Below are positions 49,147 to 61,050 of a stretch of 64,000 nucleotides of DNA, piece by piece. The position numbers and the translations under genes are program-made. Positions within the stretch are counted from its first letter, which is position 1; each line of letters begins with the position of its first letter. This DNA is from Hypanus sabinus (Eukaryota), in assembly GCF_030144855.1 (NCBI RefSeq), contig NC_082711.1, forward strand, positions 149,668,001 to 149,732,000. Reading direction: 5' to 3'. The notes beneath the pieces were generated by a model. That model had not been told where the DNA came from and did not search any database. It worked only from the letters and a program-made list of their open reading frames with translations.

Positions 49147-49959
49147 CTACAATCCTTCTTGAAATAGGTTTTGTTATTTTTCCAGCACTTGCTCCACGAG
49201 CCCTCAGATAATCATTACCTGGGCACCAATTGAAACGCACCAGTTTTGCTCATTTCAGTAAACAGAGGTGCAGCATGCCTGACTGTCCCGTAGTCTGGCC
49301 AAAGTAAAGTTACTTTTCATCTTTGTACGTTAGGACATCAGGCACATTTGCATGAACTGTCCGAATGCTGCACCACAACACAAAGAGCATTGTGAGTTAT
49401 CACAAGGCTAAACATGGACCTGAGCCAAAAGGGCAAAGTTTCCACGAATGAACTCAATGTACTTAGGCTGGATTCAGTTTCAAATTTGGCAGATTTCTCT
49501 GTTCTCTAAACTGGTACAGTACAATGATAAGCAGGTTAGTTGCTGGAATGTAGCCAGCTTTACCTGGACCATTGAATGTGACACAGCAAATGCCTGAAGA
49601 ATTTGAATGGCTTTGATCTAAATTAAGCTTGAGAGGATGTGAGTTATTTGAACTGAATTGAGTAGAAATTTGGAACTGTGCCTTGTTCACTCATCCTTAC
49701 TACACAATGTAAACACAGACATAGCACAGCGCGATGATAGATTTCTGCACAAATGAATCAGCAAATGACAGTACAAAATTCAGAGGTCAGAGACATGCAG
49801 CCTCATTCTTTAGGTGTCAGAAATTTAATACAATTTCACTATTACAGTTCAAATTACTTTTTTTTGTTTAGAAGTTTTGGTAGAAGAGAGAGAAAAGGGA
49901 TGGCCAAGGTCTTCATGATAACTGCCACCATGGCAAATCCCTTGACTCTATTCTACCTT

Positions 49960-50750
49960 CTGGGAAAAGGTACAGGCAGGTGAAATTTCAGATGATCAAT
50001 AATGAGAAATGTTATGGAATAGAGGAACCAAGAAGCACAAACACATAGTTCACTGAAAGTGGTGCTACAGGTAAATAGGATAATGAAGAAGGCATTTGGC
50101 ATGCAGGTCTTCCCTGCAGACACTTACGGGTTGCCCCCAACACATTCTTGGACTGTATTGGTCGTTGACATAAATGATGCATTTCACTGTATGTGTGAAA
50201 AATAAAGCTGATCTCGCTAATCTCATCAGTCAGGCATTAATTATATGAGTTGGGAAATTACGATACATAAACCTTTGTCACACTTAAGAGTATTGTGTAG
50301 TTTTATTTCACCATATTACATAAAAGGTATTATTAAACTTGAAACAGTGCAGATAAGACTTAACAGGATATTTCCTGGACAGGGGAGCCTAAGTTACAAG
50401 AAGAGATTGTGTAGACTACATTCCCGGGATTGTAGGATTTTGAGCTGTGACCTGATAGAGGTATATGAAATCATGAGGGGCACAGATAGGTTGAAAGTGG
50501 GTCAACTTTTTTTTCCATGGGCGGGGACTAAATTTAAGATGAAAAGCTTTTTCACACAAAAGATGGTGTATATTTAGAAGGAGGTGTCAGAAATAAGTGG
50601 TTGAAGGCAGTACATCAGCTACATTTTAAAAACCATCTGGCTGGGTACATGGATAGGTGAGGTTCAGAAGGCTAAGGGTCAAATTCAGGCAGATGGGACG
50701 ACATTGCTGGGAAACAGTCAGCATGGACAAATCAGACTAAAGAGTCTTTT
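49960..50750 (+). mobile_element. Old CR1 3' region containing a SINE-tail insertion at ~50112-50222
   Basis: LETVQIRLNRIFPG..LSYKKRL..DLIEVYEIMRG..SFFTQKMV; its tail resumes after the L1 at ~52535-52575. Confidence 0.8.
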
Positions 50751-50752
50751 TT

Positions 50753-52533
50753 GGGGGGGGGGGAACATCACGTGATGACGTAGGATCGAGACGAGGAAAT
50801 CCAGCTCTCCCGTAAAACAAAATAAAATAATGTTTAAGTGAAGAAAAGTTAGTAAATACTTTATAAAAATTACTTATAAACTACTCAGAATTGTCTTAAG
50901 ATATGTCTCCTAAACAGAAGCAGAAGAAAACTACTACTTTGAAGACAACACAAATTGGAAAAGAATCAAGGCTGGCAGCCATGAAAGAGCCTCGGGCTCA
51001 AGTGCATTTTACCTCCGGCGATACAGAACAGGAAACTGAGGCAACATCAACCGTTTCCAAAAAAAAAGAGCAACAGGAATGGAGCATGCGTGAAGCAAGG
51101 GGCATGCGCAAACACAAGCAACCCAAACTACAAATCCCAGCTATGATCGGAACTGAAAGTGATATGAGGTGGAATCAGATTCTCTGGATAAATCAGACGA
51201 AGATGAAGAGACAAACAAAGAAGAGCAACAGGAAGAGGTTGGAGGTGATATTGGAGACATAAGAAAATCTTTGGTGTAAATAATGCATGAATTAAAAGCA
51301 TCAAAAGTAATAAAAAGATATTAAAAATATGAAGATTATGGTTGATAAAATGATGAAAAGACAGGACAAAATGGACAAGAAAATTAAAAACTTGGAAGAA
51401 GTTGGGAGACGCCATTGATAAGAGTGAATAAAATGGAAGATAATATTTCTGCCTGGACATCAGAAAGAAAACGGTTGTTGGAAAAAGTGGATGTACTTGA
51501 AATGCATAAGAATTTGCTCAAGAACTCCCAAATATTCGCTCACCACAGCCAAAGATTTAAAAGTGAAACGGATTAAAGATGAAGACAGGGACAGTAAATG
51601 GATTTGATGGATGTTTAAGGACAGAAGAATATTTAAGTATACAGGGGGAGAAAGGTAAAAACTTGAGAAATATTAATCGAGAGTAGTGATATTATTTTTT
51701 CTTCTCTTATATATACTTTTTTATGTTACGGGGGAGTTGGGGGGAACTTCGGATCGATTGCTACGGGATTCACGTGTATAAACATGGCGATTGCCATGAC
51801 CCGCACAAGGAAGGGGGGTAATGTTGTGTTTTTTTCTTTATTCACAACATTAGTAGGGGGGTATTTTGTTTTTTTTTTCTTTATAATCTATATTTCTTTA
51901 ATTTTTCTTTCTTTGCCTGGACAATCGGGGAGGGAGACACATAGCAACACGGAGAATTTTAAAAAGATTCCCCAGGGTACTACAAAAGTTGAAAAGTTAG
52001 GTATTACTATAGACTGCAGTAACCCTGTTAAAAGTAATGACTAATTTACTGAATTTTTAAAGTTTTAATGTTAATGGGCTTAATGGACCAGTGAAAAGAA
52101 AAAGAATTTTAACATACATTAAGAAAATGAAAATAGATATAGCTTTTAGCTGCATTCCATTTGAAAAAAATACTTATAATTTAAGAGATAAATATGAAAT
52201 ATTTCTGAAAATTTGACACCCTTATTTACAAAAGATAGGATTAAATATATAGGTGCTCCAAAGTTAAAATTATTGGTTATTTGGGGAAAGAAATAAATAT
52301 ATATACTAAAGCTATTATGAACTCCATGGAGCATGTGGGGATCTTCCGATATCCAGGCATTCTTTCTTTCTTTCATTCATTTCTCTCTCTCTCTCTCTCC
52401 CCCCCTCCCTCCCTCCCTCCCTCCCTCCTTACAGGGATATATTAGGGGGGAGGGGTTAAGGGGAGGGGGGAAGGGTTGATAATTTTTTTTCCTTCTGTCA
52501 CCATTTGAAAATTCAATAATTTTTTTTTAAAAA
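50753..52533 (+). mobile_element. Internally deleted L1 element (5' UTR, broken ORF1, spacer, ORF2 ends, 3' UTR)
   Basis: ORF1 starts MSPKQKQKK at 50903 with a coiled-coil to EKVDVLE. ORF2 ATG at 52037 gives SFNVNGLNGPVKRKRILTYIKKMKIDIAF (APE N-terminus) fused to EKNTYNLRDKYEIFLKI*HPYL (ORF2 C-terminus). G-rich 3' UTR. Confidence 0.88.
52370..52430 (+). repeat. (TC)n / (CCCT)n tract in the L1 3' UTR
   Basis: ttctctctctctctctctccccccctccctccctccctccctccctcc. Confidence 0.9.
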
Positions 52534-53699
52534 GCCTTTTTTACATGATCTAAAGACACTATATGACTATGACTGGACTTAAGAAACAGCCTCTTCTCCA
52601 CTGTTATGAGACTTCTGAACTGATCATCTTTTTCACACGCTCTTTATGGGGGTGCTGCCATATTCATGGACTCAGAACCCTCCCTCTCTTGGTTATTCCA
52701 TTACTGTCACACTAACATTACTTTTGTCACTACTTCAGACTGCACTCCAGTCTTTGCACCATTCTGTTGATTAGTGTTCATCACTGTATTTACTTTTTAC
52801 TATGTAAATGGTTTATTCTGTGAGCTTCACACCAGCAATGCATTTCATTGTCCATTGCTGTTTATGACAATGAATCGATTGGGAATCTAAATCAAGGATG
52901 AGTAAAAAGAAAAATATAATCCTCATTAAACTTAAGAACATTAAAACTGTGTCTATTAACTCGAATATCTGCCTGGTTTTGGACATGGTCAAAACCTCAA
53001 AACGTTCTCAAAATATCCTAAATTGTAGTTAAGACTGAAAGACCAAGAGTGTCTCATGAAATGAGCAATAATTCGTACAGCCAGCTCCCTACAGCCTATC
53101 TCAATATAGGACATTCAGTCTTCTATTTGTGCAAACACCATCCATCCTGCCAAGCTTGATCTTGTCAACCAGAGACAATGTAAATTAATTGAACCTGAAT
53201 TTAAGATCTACACTTTACTCCATCAATACCTCTCCTCTGTTCAGCAGGACTTTTTAAACTTGGCCCATTCTTAGCTTTTTCTGCTACATAACCTCTGGTA
53301 TTTTCCAGGTCCTATCGCCCCTGCCTCTCTTCTGCCTACTTCTTATCTACATTCCACACCTTAGAAACATCTTCAATCAACACAAAGAGATGTTCCACAG
53401 GACTGCACATCTCTCTCCACATCTCCAACTTTCCACAAGTCCAGGATAAGCAGAAATTATGTCCAACAAGATACTGAGAAGACAAAAATACAACACTGCT
53501 CTTATGCAGCAAACATAGTGTTTCCAAGCCAACATCTCCATTCCTTGGTATGTAGTATTCGTCTGATGGTTTAAAAAAAAACATTCATCACCTTGAAGTC
53601 TTGTAGACACTAAGAAAAAAATCAAATTACATATCCATATTGACATTATGATTGCCTACTCAAGCTCCTTAGCATCTTTTAGACCTGACTACTTCATTG

Positions 53700-54315
53700 C
53701 TTTAATGGCTAGGTTTCCATTTTTAAATCTAATTTGTGTTTGCTCTAAACTCTGCTGATGACATCTCAACTTAGCTTAGCCTTCATGCTGAGCTCATTTA
53801 TCTCCACTGCTTTCTGGCTCAACAAAGCAATCTTAAAAATTCTCATCTTTTCAAATGGCTCCATGATCTCACTCACTCCCTATCTATGAAGCCTCCTCCA
53901 GCCATACAAGCTTCCGAAATCTCTTGCTCCAGTTCTAGCCTCTTGTAGTTTCCTAAATTACTTACTTTACGAACAGCAGTTGTTGCCTCAAATGCCTGAA
54001 CCATAAGCGCTCTGCTACCTCCCTAAGCACAAGAGATTCTGCAGATGCTGAAAATCTACAGCAGCACAGGAAATGCTGGAGGAACTCCACAGGTCAGGCA
54101 GCATCTATGTAGAGGAAGAAACAGTTGAGGTTGACTCTTCCCTAAACCTATCCACCTCTCACTTTCCATCAGATGCCTCCTGAAGTCTATTTCTTTACAT
54201 TTGCCCTTATACCTAACATTCCTCAGTGTCATAATGAATTAGGTAACCTTCTTATGAAGGACCTTGACGTGAGTTATTGCATCAAAAGCATTACAGAAAT
54301 GTAATTTTTTCTTGT
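53700..54315 (+). mobile_element. Ancient L2 3' end with a nested Penelope-like fragment (~54028-54135)
   Basis: ccctatctatgaagcctcctccagcc, tccctaaacct and an aaaagcattacagaaatgtaa tail; the insert is flanked by tccctaa on both sides. Confidence 0.6.
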
Positions 54316-55359
54316 TATTAGAACATCCAATTTTGCAGCAAACAAGACCCAAGCTATTTAGTTTTAGGTGAATTACAGATAAAATGCAGCATATTGAGTC
54401 CAATAATACTGCTGGGTGGCCAAAAGCTTTGTAGCTTCCACAAGGGATTAAATAAAGCCACATTACTTCTTGGATTTACTCCACCTCAAGATTACAGAGA
54501 TTGATTGTTTGCTCTTCTGAGTCTGAGAATATGGGAGCAGAGGAAATGACTATTTTGTCCTTCTTCCAAGGCCACTCTGAACTGAAAGTATCTTTTTAAA
54601 CAGCTCATCAATTTCCTCCTAATAATAAGATTCAATGAAGGTGCTTTATTTGACAATTGCCAAATTGCAAAATCTATCTATAACTCTGTAATTAATTCAG
54701 ACATCAGAAGTGAATCATCCAGATAAGTCAGGTACAAGAAAATGACTGATAACTGTCATGCAAAGTTACAATAATTAGTTGTCCCATATGTAAAAATAGC
54801 ACAGTGAAAAACATGTTAGTTTTCCTTAATTTTTCAGTGCTGGAAAAACTCCATGAGCAGCTGAATTTTAACAATGATGCACACTCTGAGATAATATGCA
54901 ACACAGTCAGATTTCAAAATCTGTTGATTTGATTAACTTGAAGTTCGTGTTCACCTACTCCCACTTTGGCAGAACAACATTTGATTGAAGAAGTTGTTTG
55001 TTAACACTCAGATCCATTCTATTAATATCAGCTGCAAATACTGGAGTCTGAACCAGCAAGAGGAATTAATCAACAGTACCAACATTGTACTTAGCTGCAT
55101 TAGCTGGCAACTTTAAGACTATGCTTCTCTTTAATCCTCTAGACTCTCTTTAGTTTCCAGAGAGCAGTTTATTCGGATAGATTGTAAAGCAAACCCCCAA
55201 GCTTATAGCTTACCGTGGAAATATCAGTAGCTACTGTTTTTTTTCTCTCTCTGCAAACCAATACTCAGTAATTGTGGTGTTCAACCAGTACACGGTATTT
55301 TTGCTAAAATTATGTATGTACGATTTAATATTATAAATTTCAGGATATAACTGAAATAA

Positions 55360-55640
55360 TAACATAGAAACATGGAAAATAGGAGTAAGCCACTTTGTTC
55401 TTTGAGCCTGCTCCACCCTCAGTATGACCATGGTTGAGTCACTTCAATGCCATATTTCCATTCTTCCTCCATATCCCTAGATGCCTTTTATGTATATCCA
55501 CTTACCCTCTCCCAAAATACATTCAACAACTTGATCTACATTCTGTTAGAGAGAACTCTGAGTGAAGCTATTTCTCATCATCTTAGTCCCATAGATCTTG
55601 CCACTTAATGTGGTATTGTGGCCCTCAGTCCAGACACCCC
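55360..55640 (-). mobile_element. Old CR1 3' fragment
   Basis: aacatagaaacatggaaaataggagtaagccac..gagcctgctccacc (reverse CR1 tail). Confidence 0.75.
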
Positions 55641-57667
55641 AAGCAGGGGAAAGCATGAAAGTATCAGGTCAGCAGCATAGTACATATATAACTGTAGCAC
55701 AATTACAAGGCTCCATTGTCAACAATAAGAATAAAATGGAACTCACTGTCAGATTGAGCATTATACCATGCCACTATCTGTGTTTTACAATGGATAAAAT
55801 GATTTCTTGGTATTATTTTAGAGGATGGGAGTTACCTCCGGTGTTATTATTATTTAGGAACTTGTTCTGCACCAGTTGGGAGCCACCTTCCCTCCTCTCC
55901 AAAGGCAGCCACAGTTCAGTAGTAAGGGAAACACCACGCAAGTCTTTTCCTTGCCTTTTGGGATTCTGCCTCAGCAGCTTCTGAGGTGGTCCAGTGTTAC
56001 ATATATTTTCTAAATCAACATGCTTCTGCGACATTGCTAAGAATGTCTTGTTACGTTAATGGCATAGTGTTAGTCATTGCTACAGCGAGTCCTTATGTAG
56101 AGGCATGCAGAGTCAGACTCAAACGGTAAGACTACTATCACTGATTATGTTCAAAGGCCTCCAAGACTGAGAGTACATTGAGCATTGCTGCTCCCGGTGG
56201 TACCATATGCCAGCAAACATTGCCTTGCATGGAGGAATAGTTTTTCATTGTTTAAACAATGTGACAGAATTAAACCACTCTTTCACAACTTCAGCTGCTA
56301 TTATACTGTGCATTGTAAAATAACTGAGCATAACTATATTTGTGTGGCATTGTTGAAAGGCAATCATTTAAAGAAAATCATCCCAAATGCTTTTGATTTT
56401 GAGAGATAAAGTTGAAAGGATTACACTCACAATAACTCACAGAAAGAATTTTCTTTTGGCATTGATGTTGAGATGTGTTTAATCAGCTAGCAACATAAAG
56501 GATTAGTCTCAGTCTATTCCCGTCAGTGACATAAAACTAGGCTGAATTCAGCAGTCTCGCAGTTCAATGAAAATCAGGTTAATTGTGTGGCAAATAGTGC
56601 AGCCACTTTCATGTAACCCGCTGCCTTTACCAACCTTCAGGTTCACATCTCAATGTCCAAGATGCCTATTATGTTTCCTTACAATGGGCACCCCCTGTTA
56701 TTTTTGCAGCATTTTTACCTTTCACTCTGTTAAGAATCAGTATTAGAGAGAATCACCATACAACAAAAGCCTCAGTACGTTGAACAAGATGTTTCCTTAC
56801 AGCCACAGGCCAGTTCCAGTTTTTACGTTTGGTTTTGGAAATTTCACTTCCATTACTGTTAAAAGCCAGGCTCAGCATGACCACCTGGATTTATATTGAG
56901 CCTTTTGGGAAAACGTGGCTAGGTGACTTCACAGGAATGAGACAGGCAAAGCCAGCGATGGGTAAATACATAAAACGAAACAGGGCAATGCAAAAATACA
57001 AAGACAGTGCAAAATATTTTGTAGCTGTTGCATTATTTCATATTTTATGCCTTGAATTGAATTATTTTACACCAATGAATAATGCATGAAGTTTAATTTT
57101 ATACCAGAAAAATGTTGACGATTGCCAATATCTTTAGCAGCATGACTAGCCATTTAATGATTTAACAGCAGTGCTGACAATGCAACAAAGTATTTTTTCA
57201 TCTATTTTGGAAGATTTGTTTCTCCATTAATTACAGATAATTATTTTGGATTTTTACGGAGATTCCTGTCAACTCTCATTTTCCACAGCTTTTGCACAGA
57301 ATGTCATAGAACTGGGAATGTAACCAACAAAATGACAGCCTTTGAAAGGAAAAGGAAGGCTGTGTCACCATGTTTCCCTTACTTTAGTCAAAGCTGATAT
57401 TTAGGTCCGTGAATAGGCCGCAATTTGGGAAAACTGCAAATAAAATTCCACCAAGTTTGCAATGGATAGATGAGACATTCTAGATGAGACAAACCTTCAC
57501 CAAACTCACACCTGATGAATTATCGACCTGAAAGTTCAACTATGTTTGACAGATATCGCTTGACCTACCAAGATTGCCATCATTATCTCTTTGGCCAATC
57601 AATTACCATTGCAACAGTTTACTTTTAGATATAGTAGTATTAAATTGGTGACAGTGGGGAGGATTAT

Positions 57668-58200
57668 AAAACCATAACATGTTGATGCAGAATTGGGCCA
57701 TTCAGCCCATTGGGTTTTCTCCACCATTCAATCATGGCTGATTTACTTTCCCTCTCAACCCAGTTTTCCTGCTTTCTCACTCCAACCTTGACTGATCAAA
57801 CACCTACCAAACTCTGGCAGAAATTTAAGGCAGAACATGCCACTCTTAGCAATGAGCAAAATCTGGATAGATCAAGGTGTTTACTTTAGAACAGTAGAAA
57901 TTAATATGAACTTTAATTGAAGTGTGTGAAATTAAGGGATCTTGATATAGACAATAGGAAAGATCCATCTTCTTTAGCTAAGGGATGAAAACAAGGGGAC
58001 TCAAAGTAATTAAGTCAAGGACTATATTTCTCCCTAACAGAAGGTGGAAGGGTTCTGGAACTGACTGCCTGAATGAATCTTAGATGCAGCAATTTTTTAA
58101 GTAGTACTTGAATGTGCACTTGAAGAACGGTGAACCACAGACCCAGTGCTGGAAGGGGTCACTGCAAATTTGGTGATCAGCACAGACAAAATTGAGTGTG
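57668..58200. mobile_element. Adjacent old CR1 fragments (minus tail ~57668-57820, plus fragment ~57850-58200)
   Basis: ggccattcagcccatt..ccaccattcaatcatggctg; ttctggaactgactgcctgaa. Confidence 0.6.
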
Positions 58201-58439
58201 GGACTCAGCCAAATACAGCATAGTCCTCACCAACATCACCTTCCAAATAACTGGCTGTATTTTTTTTTAATTTTGTCGTTTTAAAATGTATATGTGACCT
58301 AAAACATCATCTTGTTATTGTTTTGCCTTGTACAACCTCAATGATTTGATCTGTCCAATAGTTTGCAAGACGAGCTTTTCGCTGTTATCTTGATACATTT
58401 GATAATAACAAATCAATTCCAATGGCAAATATGTTTTTA

Positions 58440-59600
58440 ATCGCACAAGTTTGCAGTCATAGCAAGCCCATTTTATGTATCATGGGGGTGGGCGTGAGCA
58501 AATTCCATGAACAACATTAAATTATCCGTAATTTGTTGTATACACAAAGTGCGGATTGAACAGAATGCGAATAAGTCCATGGAACACTAAATGAGTTAAC
58601 CTTGCAGAACTCGGAGCCAGCACCGTCCCCAGGTTACACTGTGGCAGGTAGATGACTAATAACATTAAATTGCAGCCTGAAAAATCTCCAATGTGCCGCG
58701 TTTGTTGCTTGGAGCCCAACAGTGAGACTGTGTCTCCAGGCATCCGAATCTGACATGTTTAACTTATTACTGGGTCTGCAGCTATACGGCCACGGATGAA
58801 GCCCGTGGCTGTATGTGGCTTTTATATATTATTTATGGTGTCTATAAAACGAAATTTGCAATGAATGCGAGACAAAGTTAAATCTGTTACCGTTTCAGGA
58901 CCAGAAGAGAGAGAAAAAAAAATGTGCAACAGAGAGGATTCTGTACTCCGACATCAACCCTTTCAATAAACCCTGCTTTTTTTTCTGCTTCAGCCGCCCC
59001 CAAACCCTGAATAAACATGAAAGCCTTTCAGCCTTGCCTCGGCTGTCAACAAAGAGCAATAAAATAACAATAAGTGCCTCAGCGTGATGTGTTTGACAGG
59101 ACTCCCCTCCGCTGAAGATCTTTTCAATTTCAGCTTGCAGGTAAGCTATATAATCTCTTGCTCTCCTGGGAATCCTGAATTCGATGACCTCCGAACCCTC
59201 GCAGTTGGATGGATGACCGGAGATTTGTCTCGCTCATCATCAGCTAATAACCATTTGAGCAGACGAAGGTGGCTCGCACCTGCTGCCCAGTGTGAGGCGA
59301 GAACCCGTCTCCAAAGCGAGGGGAGGGGAGGGCGACAAAATCCTCTCCTCGCCCGCACTAGAATTGCAAATTCAAAGCCTTGCTTGTAACTCATTAGGCT
59401 CTGATTTGCCGCTAACCAGCACCTCAGCTGCTGTCCTTTTTGATTATTGTCGTTTCGTTCAGGAGCTGTTGCTGCTTCGGGAAACTGAGCATGTTCAAGA
59501 CGGATGGCGTGCAGCTGTGGGGAGCAGCGAAAGGTTTGACTTTAACAAGCCCCCTTTTTAGCGGCTCACTTCGCCCCCCCCCCCACTCTCTTTTGGACAT
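58440..59600. promoter_or_regulatory. CpG-enriched unique region; candidate promoter/enhancer with exon-like signals
   Basis: Visibly more CpG than other non-repeat DNA in the window; no repeat homology recognised; strong donor CAG|GTAAGC at 59140/59141. Confidence 0.45.
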
Positions 59601-60691
59601 ACAGAAAAAAAATCTAATTGAATGGTTTCATTTAAATAAATATTTTTTACCACTATTTTCCAAAGTTTTCCTCCCGCAAAGTTATATAAAATGCTATTTT
59701 AATTCGACATGGGCTACAACACACACCAAAAAAACCCCAATCAGCAGCATAATGATGTCGTGATAGCCATACAGACACCGAGATAATTGATTGTTCCCTT
59801 GTTCAGAACTGAGATTATTGCCGTTCCTACCCGCATCTCCCACAGTGACCAACACATCCCAAAGACGACAAAAGGCACATTGTCGAGCTGAAGGGAATAT
59901 TGGTGGTTGGTGAATCAAAGGCACTGGGTCATGAATATCAGTGCACCATTGCTTGCATTGGCAGTGTTGGTAACTGTGGTGACATTCCTCAGTGTGTAGG
60001 AATTGAGTTTAAAACATCAAACCCTCATTCTACAATAAATGTCCTCTTACATTAATCTAATCCAGACTTCTTTCATTTCCATTTTTGCAAAATACAATAA
60101 GTTTAAACCAAAAATCCAAGCTGTTCTGAATTATTCCAACTCAGCATAAGGCCAGGAAGAGGCACAATCAACAGGCTATCTGAATATTCAAAATTCAGAC
60201 ATCTTTCCTATAATGAAAATACGTAGTGCAGCTATTTCTTGTACTATTGCCATCCAACTCTGCTGCATTGTAATCACAACAGTTTAAAAATGGTTACAAT
60301 GCAGTAAAAGACCATTTGCTCATTGAGTTTAATGACTTTACAGGGATTCATTTATTAAATATTTACAGCAAAAAAATTGCTTAATGGCTGAACTAGTCTG
60401 GAGATAGTTTATCAGCACTTGGTTCAGTGCCAGCTGTTTTCTGTGCTGGAGCACCTATTGAAGAATATGACAGATGGTAGGTAGTTAAAACATTGAGTGG
60501 TAGCTACACATCACAGAATTTAATGTCATCATGTGATGATTTGTCTCCACTTTTATACACATTTCTTGTAGAGTGCCCAACACAGAAATATTGCACAACA
60601 TTCGCAAGTATTTATTTGGGTGTATTACTTTCTAAGTCACGTGGCCCGTTTTGTAAATGACGGGAACACTGTACAAGTCAGCTTTTTAAAA

Positions 60692-61050
60692 AATAATTTG
60701 CATTGATATAGCTCTCTGCACCTCAGTATGACCCAAATACTTCAGAATCAAGTAATTCTGAATTGCATTTATTATAACATCGGGAAAGTGACAGCTAATT
60801 TGAATGTAGTCAGCTCCACAGAAACAGATAATGACTAGAAATCTTGTTCTAGTGATGCTAACTAGTATAAAACTGACAATCCTGCCACCCTTCTTGAAGA
60901 AGTGTCATGGGATTGCCCAAAGGACAAATAGGGCCACGGATTAACATATCATTTGAAGGATACCACGCCAGTATGGTGCTCCCTCAGTTGGTGTTTTTTT
61001 TGTGTGCTGAATTTCAAGAAGAGGAAATAGAACCTCAGCACCTTTCAAAG
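60692..61050 (-). mobile_element. Ancient DeuSINE-like SINE
   Basis: aatttgcattgatatagc tail, gacagctaatttg, cttcttgaagaagtgtcatgggat, gggccacggattaacatatcatttgaagga, gtgctccctcagt. Confidence 0.7.

Noticed and set aside
57668-58200. Twin-primed inverted CR1
   Set aside because: Both pieces appear to include 3'-proximal sequence and no shared TSD is visible; two independent old insertions are simpler.
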